Source of the DNA: an uncultured Desulfobacterales bacterium
GTDB lineage: Bacteria > Bacteroidota > Bacteroidia > Flavobacteriales_G > Salibacteraceae
Length of the DNA stretch: 64,000 bases
Direction of reading: 5' to 3'
Assembly (NCBI GenBank): GCA_964195485.1
Contig: CAXMPG010000082.1
Coordinates: forward strand, 282-64,281
Position 1 is the first letter of the stretch, and the number at the start of each line of letters is the position of its first letter. The notes under the pieces were generated by a model, which made no database searches, was not told where the DNA came from, and saw only the letters and a program-made list of their open reading frames with translations. Positions 56,719 to 64,000 of the stretch are shown piece after piece. The position numbers and the translations under genes are program-made.

Positions 56719-58695
56719 ATGAAAAAGACACTACTATTTGTAATCGCAGCATTCGCTGCACTAAGTCAAACAAACGCGCAAAACGCATTAGATTTTGATG
56801 GATCAAATGATTTTGTACAAACCACTTACGCTGGAGTTTCAGGTACTGGCGCGAGGACTATCGAGGCTTGGGTAAAAACCACAGCCAATAGTCTACCTTC
56901 TTCATCAGGAGGCACTGGCCAAAAAGTAATTGTAGATTACGGCTCTTTTACTACTGGAGGAAGGTTCACTTTGAATTTGCTTTGGAGTAACTCAATCAGA
57001 ATTGAAGTGGGTGGTAACGGTTTGAGTGGAAATTTAGCTATAAATGATGGGGTATGGCATCATGTTGCCGCAGTTTATAACCCTTCTGCTACCAATAAAT
57101 ACAGCTTATACATTGATGGAACACTAAATATAGCGGGTAATTTAACCGTACTTGCAAATACTGGAACAACTCAAAATGTGATGATTGGGCAACGTATAGA
57201 TGGGATAAATAAATTTGACGGAGCTATAGACGAAGTACGGATTTGGAATGTAGCACGAACAGTAACTCAAATTCTTGGTAGTATGAACTCAGAGTTTTGT
57301 GTGATTCCATCATCGCTAAAAGCATATTATAAAGCAAATCAAGGTACTGCATCAGGAACTAATACCGGATTAATCACCTTAAATGATAACTCAGGAAATA
57401 ACAATAACGGAACGCTTACAAATTTTGCGCTTACTGGCGCTTCTTCTAATTGGGTTTCAGGAGTAACATTAACCTCTGGAAATCTCACAGGTGGAACTGC
57501 AAATATTTCAGGATGTGTGCCTTATACTACATTAGGGAATCAAATATTAACTTCCTCAGGTACGTATCCAGATACTTTGGTGTTGCCTTCAGGGTGTGAT
57601 AGTGCGTATACGTTAAATTTTACTGCACTTCAATCTTCATCCAGTACCATTACCACTACTGCATGTGATTCTTATACCACACCAGGTGGTGGCGTTATTA
57701 ATAGCTCTGGAGTACATTACGAAACCCTTGTGAATGCTATTGGATGTGACAGTGTAATTACCATTAATCTCACGATTAATAACTCTACTAGTTCTTCTAT
57801 AACCACAACTAATTGCAGCAGTTACACAAGCCCTTTAGGGCATGTATATACCATTTCAGGAACGTATATAGATACGCTTCAAAATGCCGCAATGTGCGAC
57901 AGCTTGATCACTATTAATTTAACGATCGTAAATTCATATAATGCTACGCTTATTGAAACAGTTTGTGATTCGTATACGTCACCTAGTGGGCAGGTATTTA
58001 CAAGTACCGGAATCTATTCAGATACGGTTAGTACTGGTACTCCATGTGATAGTGTGTTTACTATAAATTTAACGGTAAATCAAAGCACTACGAACACCAT
58101 TACAGCGTCTGCATGTGATGAGTATATTTCTAGTACTGGAACTAGTTATGCTACTTCCGGAACATATACCGAAACAATCCCGAATGCTATGGGTTGTGAT
58201 AGTGTGATTACCCTAATTTTAGACATTACCAATATTAATTCAGTGGTAACGGTAAATGGGTCAACACTAACAGCCGTTGTGATGGGATTGTCATATAGAT
58301 GGTTGGATTGTGATGATAATTATGCCCCTATATCTGGAGGAAATCAACGTAGTTACACACCTGCATCAAACGGAAATTATGCCGTTAAAATTACGGATGG
58401 AATCTGTGTGGATACTTCATTATGTGTGAGTATTAACAACGTGGGTGTAAATGAGGTAAGGAATAGTGATGCACTAAAAATATACCCAAACCCAGCCAGT
58501 AATAATTTGTTTATTCAAACCTCGACTGAACGTACAACGGTCTTTATTCAATCCATTTCAGGGGGCTTAATTAGAACGTTAGTAATTGAAAAAGGCACGC
58601 AACAATTTGACGTCTCGAATTTGAAATCAGGTTTATATTTTATCAACTACACCTCAAACAACAACGAGTATTTTGAGAAATTAATCATTCAATAA
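56719..58695 (+). CDS. LamG-like jellyroll protein with five 50-aa Cys repeats and T9SS CTD
   Basis: ALDFDG, TIEAWVK, WHHVAAVY, FDGAIDEVRIW, CDS repeats and IYPNP..KLII. Confidence 0.85.
   Translation: MKKTLLFVIAAFAALSQTNAQNALDFDGSNDFVQTTYAGVSGTGARTIEAWVKTTANSLPSSSGGTGQKVIVDYGSFTTGGRFTLNLLWSNSIRIEVGGNGLSGNLAINDGVWHHVAAVYNPSATNKYSLYIDGTLNIAGNLTVLANTGTTQNVMIGQRIDGINKFDGAIDEVRIWNVARTVTQILGSMNSEFCVIPSSLKAYYKANQGTASGTNTGLITLNDNSGNNNNGTLTNFALTGASSNWVSGVTLTSGNLTGGTANISGCVPYTTLGNQILTSSGTYPDTLVLPSGCDSAYTLNFTALQSSSSTITTTACDSYTTPGGGVINSSGVHYETLVNAIGCDSVITINLTINNSTSSSITTTNCSSYTSPLGHVYTISGTYIDTLQNAAMCDSLITINLTIVNSYNATLIETVCDSYTSPSGQVFTSTGIYSDTVSTGTPCDSVFTINLTVNQSTTNTITASACDEYISSTGTSYATSGTYTETIPNAMGCDSVITLILDITNINSVVTVNGSTLTAVVMGLSYRWLDCDDNYAPISGGNQRSYTPASNGNYAVKITDGICVDTSLCVSINNVGVNEVRNSDALKIYPNPASNNLFIQTSTERTTVFIQSISGGLIRTLVIEKGTQQFDVSNLKSGLYFINYTSNNNEYFEKLIIQ
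57511..58230 (+). repeat. Five tandem 150-nt coding repeats
   Basis: Cys codons at 57514, 57664, 57814, 57964 and 58114. Each unit ends in CDSxxTxxL. Confidence 0.8.
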
Positions 58696-58728
58696 TTTGT
58701 ACACTTGTATTTTTAACGAAAACAATCC

Positions 58729-59445
58729 ATGAAAAAAACGTTAGTGCTAATTGGACTATTATTTCTAGGTTTTACGGCAAAATCACAAATTCTTATTTCT
58801 ATAATTTTCGGAGATAAATTAAACTCACCTAATTTAGAATTTGGATTAGAAGGAGGAAATAACTGGTCTAATATCACCAATTTCCAATCAGGAAAACCGT
58901 TATCGAGCTTTAATCTTGGTTTTTACTTTGATTTCAAAATCAAGAATAATTTTTATATCTATACCGGTGTCTTAGTTAAATCAGATTTAGGAATAAGCGG
59001 GTTGCGAGAAAGTGATTTGATTGCAATTGGAGCAGATTATTACAAAGATGAAAACGACACTCCAGTAGAGGGAATATACGCGCAAAAACTAAATTATTTT
59101 TTAGTTCCAGTACTCGCAAAGTATAGGCATAAGACTAATATTTATGTGGAAGGAGGTCCTCAATTCGGTTTAATGTACAAAAGCTGGGTAGAGTTCAACT
59201 CAGACATTGAAGGTAGAGATGCCACGGTGAAAGAATACAATCGTGATTTGATTAATAAGATAGATGTTGGGGCCTTGATAGGTACAGGATATAAATTTAG
59301 AAATGGTCCCGGTTGGAGCGTTGGTGTCAAGTATTATTTTGGGTTTGTGGATGTCTATAAAAACGTAAGTGATACAAAGAATAGGTCTTTATTTGTTAAG
59401 GTTAACATACCAATTGGAAAGAATAAAAAGAAAGAGACAAAATAA
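58729..59445 (+). CDS. Outer membrane beta-barrel (porin family) protein
   Basis: Signal peptide, FGLEGG.N.S, YFLVPVLAKY, GGPQFG and alternating beta strands. Confidence 0.75.
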   Translation: MKKTLVLIGLLFLGFTAKSQILISIIFGDKLNSPNLEFGLEGGNNWSNITNFQSGKPLSSFNLGFYFDFKIKNNFYIYTGVLVKSDLGISGLRESDLIAIGADYYKDENDTPVEGIYAQKLNYFLVPVLAKYRHKTNIYVEGGPQFGLMYKSWVEFNSDIEGRDATVKEYNRDLINKIDVGALIGTGYKFRNGPGWSVGVKYYFGFVDVYKNVSDTKNRSLFVKVNIPIGKNKKKETK

Positions 59446-59454
59446 TTTAAGTAG

Positions 59455-60543
59455 ATGAAAATAATGAAAATTACCCGCGTATTAGTGCTGTTAATCTTGG
59501 TCGTATTCTTTGCTTTACCAGAGGTAACTGCGCAACAGTATTCTGGCAAAAAAATAAAAACAAAACATCAAGCATATACCGATAGTTTAAAAGCTATTAA
59601 ATACGACCGCATATTACCCATTTTGGGAGCTGGAGCATATAAACAAGGTTTTGATATACCCTATCCCTTGGGAGTGATGATTAACACGATAGCCATGCGC
59701 CAAGGTATTAGCATTGATAATATGCAACTTGGTTTAAAAACAGATAACCAAGACATACCTTTAACTGATGTTGGTTTTATTGAGTTTGGAGAAAATACCA
59801 ATACTTCTGTTTCTTATAATTTTAGACCAGATATATGGGTGCTTCCTTTCTTAAATGTGTACGGACTGTTTGGAGCTGGAAACACCAGTACCGAAGTCAA
59901 TTTGGTTGCGCCAATTCAAATGAAGTCGGTGGTAGATCAAAAACTTAGAACCACAGGGTTTGGAGTGATGGGTGCTGGAGGTATTGGTCCGGTATGGATA
60001 TCTGTAGATGCAAATTTCACATGGAATAAACCCGAACTTTTAGAAGAAGCCACTAAGGTTAATGTGCTAGGAATTAGAATGGGTCATAGTTTTGTGTTTA
60101 AAAAACAACCCGATAGAAACATCAATATCTGGGTTGGAGGAATGCGGGTACATATGGGCTCCGAAACGCGAGGTGAAATTACCTTAGGAGACGCTATTCC
60201 TTCAGAAACGTGGGATAGAAAAGACCAAATTGTTGGAGAGTATTATGATTGGTACAATGGATTAAATCCAAATAATCCTGTTGATCGTAAAAAAATAGAG
60301 GCTGCCGATAATACGCTTACTCCAATTATAGAAAGAATTGACGCGGCTGATGGCGATGCTATTATTCGTTATGGTATGGATAAGCAAACCAAACAGTTAT
60401 GGAATATGTCTGTGGGTGGTCAATTTCAATTTAGTAAAGCATGGCAATTACGTTCTGAGGTTGGATTTATTGGAGATAGAAAGTCCCTTTTAGTATCATT
60501 AAACTACCGATTCTTAGGTCCACGTAAAAAGGAATTTAGATAA
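59455..60543 (+). CDS. Hypothetical outer-membrane beta-barrel protein
   Basis: Signal peptide, DIPYPLG, DIWVLPFLNVYG and C-terminal SLNYRF. Confidence 0.65.
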   Translation: MKIMKITRVLVLLILVVFFALPEVTAQQYSGKKIKTKHQAYTDSLKAIKYDRILPILGAGAYKQGFDIPYPLGVMINTIAMRQGISIDNMQLGLKTDNQDIPLTDVGFIEFGENTNTSVSYNFRPDIWVLPFLNVYGLFGAGNTSTEVNLVAPIQMKSVVDQKLRTTGFGVMGAGGIGPVWISVDANFTWNKPELLEEATKVNVLGIRMGHSFVFKKQPDRNINIWVGGMRVHMGSETRGEITLGDAIPSETWDRKDQIVGEYYDWYNGLNPNNPVDRKKIEAADNTLTPIIERIDAADGDAIIRYGMDKQTKQLWNMSVGGQFQFSKAWQLRSEVGFIGDRKSLLVSLNYRFLGPRKKEFR

Positions 60544-60544
60544 T

Positions 60545-61072
60545 ATGAGGACACTCTTTTTAAGCCTATTTTTTCTTGTGGTAATTACACCAACAGCTAA
60601 GTCGCAAGAAACAGAGCCAGCAGAAGAACCGGAAAAAAAGCATTTAATATCGGCTTCATTTGGTTACACTTTTATTCCTAAAGCTACCTCTATTGGCGGT
60701 ACGGAGGCAAATGGCGTTTTCGTTCCCTCTATCGGGTTAGACTATTTTTATCGTCTGTCACCAAAATGGGAAGTAGGAACTATGATTGACTTAGAGCTTA
60801 GTGACTACCTAATATTTGAAAAGGATTTAGAAAGAGAAAAAGCATTGGTAATTGCTTTATTAGGTACGTACAAACTAACGAAACACATCAGCCTTTTTGG
60901 CGGAGGCGGAATTGAATTAGAAAAGCATCAAAATCTCGCTGTTTTTAGATTTGGTACAGAGTATATTCATTATTTCGATAAAGGATGGCTTCTTGGCCCT
61001 GGGTTTTTTTATGATTTCAAGGAAGGTTACGATACTTGGTCAATGGCGATTGCTTTTGGAAAAGAGTTTTAG
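60545..61072 (+). CDS. Hypothetical small beta-barrel outer-membrane protein
   Basis: Signal peptide, amphipathic strands and a terminal F. Confidence 0.65.
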   Translation: MRTLFLSLFFLVVITPTAKSQETEPAEEPEKKHLISASFGYTFIPKATSIGGTEANGVFVPSIGLDYFYRLSPKWEVGTMIDLELSDYLIFEKDLEREKALVIALLGTYKLTKHISLFGGGGIELEKHQNLAVFRFGTEYIHYFDKGWLLGPGFFYDFKEGYDTWSMAIAFGKEF

Positions 61073-61161
61073 TTATTACAATTAAAGAAAAAATAATATC
61101 CAAAATGTCTTTGGCCTTTTTGAAATCCCTACTTTTACCCTACAACTAAATATTTATTCTT

Positions 61162-62730
61162 ATGAGATTATATTCACCAAAGAACTGTCTAATCCTAGCA
61201 GCTTGTGTAGGATTGTTCACCTTCGGAATTAGTCAAAGCGCAGAAGCGCAAAAAAATAAAAAACCAAACATCCTTGTTATTTGGGGTGATGATATTGGAC
61301 AATCAAACATTAGTGCGTATACAATGGGCCTAATGGGATATAGAACTCCAAACATTGACAGAGTTGCAAAAGAAGGAATGATTTTTACGGATTATTATTC
61401 TGAACAAAGTTGTACAGCGGGACGTTCTTCCTTTATTTTAGGACAAAGTGTTTTACGTACTGGATTAAGTAAAGTAGGTATGCCAGGTGCGTCTGGAGGG
61501 ATTAATGAGAAAGACCCCACCATTGCTGAATTGTTAAAACCTTTAGGATATAGGACAGGTCAATTTGGGAAAAATCATTTAGGAGATAGAGATGAACATT
61601 TACCTACAAATCATGGTTTTGATGAATTTATGGGTAATTTATACCATTTAAATGCAGAGGAAGAACCGGAATTACCGGATTACCCGGACCCAGCAACATA
61701 TCCTGATTTTGCAAAACGTTTTGGACCAAGGGGTGTTATTCATTCATATGCTGATGGTAAAATTGAAGATACCGGTCCTTTGACTAAAAAAAGGATGGAA
61801 ACCATAGATGATGAAACTATTGAGGCAGCGAAAAAATTCATTACCACAGCAGTGAAATCTGGTGAGCCATTTTTTGTATGGTGGAACGGGACAAGAATGC
61901 ACTTTAGAACTCATGTAAAGGAAGAGCATAGAGGAATTTCTGGTCAAAACGAATATGGTGATGGAATGGTAGAGCATGATATGCACGTTGGGCAATTATT
62001 GGATTTACTTGATGAGTTAGGTGTAACAGATAACACTATTGTTCAATATGGAACAGATAATGGACCTCATAAAAACACTTGGCCAGACGCAGGTGTAAAT
62101 CCTTTTAGAGGAGAGAAAAATACGAACTGGGAAGGTGGGTGGAGAACCCCATCTATGGTTCGTTGGCCAAATCACATTGAGGCAGGATCAGTTTCTAATG
62201 AGATTATGTCAGGAATGGATTGGATGCCTACTTTTTTAGCCGCTGCTGGAAATGATAAGGTTAAGAATGAATTATTGAAAGGTAAAACAATAGGTGATAA
62301 AACCTATAAAGTACACTTAGATGGTTACAACATGTTGCCTTATTTAACGGGTAAAGAAGAAAAAGGTGCGCGTATTGAATTATTTTATTTTTCTGATGAT
62401 GGCGAATTAATGGCATTGCGATACAATGATTGGAAAGTAACTTTTATGAAGCAAAATGCTCCAGGAACGTTGGAAACTTGGTCTAAACCAATGGAAACTA
62501 TGAGAATTCCTTGGATATACAACTTAAGAAGAGATCCGTATGAATTTTCAACTGTAACGTCTAACACTTATTGGGATTGGTATTTAGACCATGTGTTTTT
62601 ATTATTACCAGCTTCAGAATATGTTGGAAATTTCATTGCAACATTTAAAGAATATCCTCCACGCATGAAAGCCGCTAGTTTTAATTTAGGAGATACAATG
62701 GATGCATTAACTGCCCCAGGAAACAATTAA
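61162..62730 (+). CDS. Arylsulfatase (Cys-type formylglycine sulfatase)
   Basis: PNILVIWGDD, SCTAGR, FGKNHLG, TDNG and EGGWR. Confidence 0.93.
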   Translation: MRLYSPKNCLILAACVGLFTFGISQSAEAQKNKKPNILVIWGDDIGQSNISAYTMGLMGYRTPNIDRVAKEGMIFTDYYSEQSCTAGRSSFILGQSVLRTGLSKVGMPGASGGINEKDPTIAELLKPLGYRTGQFGKNHLGDRDEHLPTNHGFDEFMGNLYHLNAEEEPELPDYPDPATYPDFAKRFGPRGVIHSYADGKIEDTGPLTKKRMETIDDETIEAAKKFITTAVKSGEPFFVWWNGTRMHFRTHVKEEHRGISGQNEYGDGMVEHDMHVGQLLDLLDELGVTDNTIVQYGTDNGPHKNTWPDAGVNPFRGEKNTNWEGGWRTPSMVRWPNHIEAGSVSNEIMSGMDWMPTFLAAAGNDKVKNELLKGKTIGDKTYKVHLDGYNMLPYLTGKEEKGARIELFYFSDDGELMALRYNDWKVTFMKQNAPGTLETWSKPMETMRIPWIYNLRRDPYEFSTVTSNTYWDWYLDHVFLLLPASEYVGNFIATFKEYPPRMKAASFNLGDTMDALTAPGNN

Positions 62731-62739
62731 AATAAATAT

Positions 62740-64000
62740 ATGAAGAACAGAAATTTGAGAATTATCACAACCCTAGTAATGCTAATGCTTACGGGGTTTG
62801 TGTTCGCACAGAAAAATAAGAAACCAAACATCCTTGTAATATGGGGTGATGATATTGGTTGGAGTAATGTTAGCGCATATAACCACGGAATGATGGGCTA
62901 CCAAACACCTAACATTGACCGTATTGCTAATGAAGGCGCAATGTTTACAGATTGGTATTCTCAGCAATCTTGTACCGCAGGTAGAGCCGCTTTTATTTTA
63001 GGTCAACACCCGTTTAGAACAGGTTTATTGACTATTGGAATGCCAGGTGCTACACAAGGTGTTCAAGAGAATCAACCAACCATTGCTGAATTACTTAAAA
63101 ATCAAGGGTATACTTCAGGTCAGTTTGGTAAAAATCACCTAGGTGATAGAGATGAACACTTACCTACCAATCATGGTTTTGATGAGTTTTATGGCAATCT
63201 TTACCATTTAAATGCGGAAGAAGAGCCAGAATCTTATTACTATCCAAAAGACCCTGAATTTCACAAAAAATTCGGTCCTAGAGGAGTTATTCACTCTTAC
63301 GCGGATGGTAAAATTGAAGATACAGGCCCATTAACTAGAAAGAGAATGGAAACTGCTGATGAGGAGTTTACTTCTGCTGCAATCGATTTTATTGAAAGAG
63401 CACATAAAGCGGGTAAACCTTTCTTTGTGTGGTTAAGTGCAACCAGAATGCACGTTTGGACACATTTGAAAGATGAAAGTACGGGTGTAACTGGTATTGG
63501 ACTTTATCCAGACGGAATGGTAGAGCACGATAAAGCTATTGGAACTGTATTAGCAAAGTTGGAAGAACTGGGTATTATGGATAACACTATTATCATGTAT
63601 TCTACGGATAACGGTGCGGAGAAATTTACGTGGCCTGATGGAGGAACAACGCCATTTGCGGGTGAAAAAGGAACAACCTGGGAAGGTGGTTTTAGAGCTC
63701 CTTGTGCTATTCGTTGGCCTGGGGTAATTAAGCCTGGTACTAAAGAAAACGGAATCTTTTCTCACGAAGATATGATGCCAACTTTACTTGCTGCGGCAGG
63801 TGTGCCGGATGTAAAAGAAAAACTTTTAACGGGGTACGAAGCAAACGGTAAAACATTTAAAGCACATTTAGATGGTTACAACATGATGCCTTACTTGAAA
63901 GGTGATGTGGAAGAATCTCCGCGTCACGAAATATTTTATTTTGATGCAGGTGGTAACTTAAACGCATTACGTTACGATAACTGGAAAATTCACTTCTCAA
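62740..64000 (+). CDS. Second arylsulfatase, truncated by window end (absent from ORF track)
   Basis: ATG 62740 reads MKNRNLRII...KKPNILVIWGDDIG...QQSCTAGR...FGKNHLG. The paralogous motifs continue to the window end. Confidence 0.92.
   Translation, partial: MKNRNLRIITTLVMLMLTGFVFAQKNKKPNILVIWGDDIGWSNVSAYNHGMMGYQTPNIDRIANEGAMFTDWYSQQSCTAGRAAFILGQHPFRTGLLTIGMPGATQGVQENQPTIAELLKNQGYTSGQFGKNHLGDRDEHLPTNHGFDEFYGNLYHLNAEEEPESYYYPKDPEFHKKFGPRGVIHSYADGKIEDTGPLTRKRMETADEEFTSAAIDFIERAHKAGKPFFVWLSATRMHVWTHLKDESTGVTGIGLYPDGMVEHDKAIGTVLAKLEELGIMDNTIIMYSTDNGAEKFTWPDGGTTPFAGEKGTTWEGGFRAPCAIRWPGVIKPGTKENGIFSHEDMMPTLLAAAGVPDVKEKLLTGYEANGKTFKAHLDGYNMMPYLKGDVEESPRHEIFYFDAGGNLNALRYDNWKIHFS

Noticed and set aside
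1798-63765. Many 60-120 aa ORFs antisense to or nested in long genes (e.g. 3498-3761, 21309-21665, 27882-28244, 62782-62967, 63550-63765)
   Set aside because: They are shadow frames of well-supported genes and have no recognisable motifs.

Overview
AT-rich (roughly 35% GC by eye) chromosomal window from a Bacteroidota bacterium, probably Flavobacteriales-like. Evidence for this: ileS-dksA-lspA synteny, TAnnTTTG promoters, T9SS C-terminal sorting domains and TonB receptors with carboxypeptidase-regulatory domains. Contents in order: ileS (partial)-dksA-lspA; queG-ruvB; a tightly coupled 8-gene minus-strand operon (Pol-beta-type nucleotidyltransferase, three B12-binding radical SAM enzymes, two methyltransferases, a CxxCH lipoprotein, a GT87-like membrane glycosyltransferase); a divergent class V aminotransferase-VOC-GT87 arm; an IS1595 remnant; a LuxR regulator, a MacAB-like ABC exporter and a HisKA_2 kinase; an ECF sigma-FecR locus with an STN-bearing repeat protein, a paralogous repeat protein and a TonB receptor; an XRE/DUF2975 pair; tandem T9SS M43 proteases; ptrB; a TonB receptor with a T9SS alpha/beta-hydrolase lacking the canonical nucleophile; assorted small genes; and a DUF1254/OMP/arylsulfatase region running off the end. 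The best candidate for an undescribed system is the triple B12-radical SAM operon. Second is the non-canonical cell-surface signalling locus, which has a TAGGGG-N15-TTGT motif at two promoter-like positions. No rRNA, tRNA or CRISPR array was seen. All family calls come from motif recognition by eye, not from database searches.
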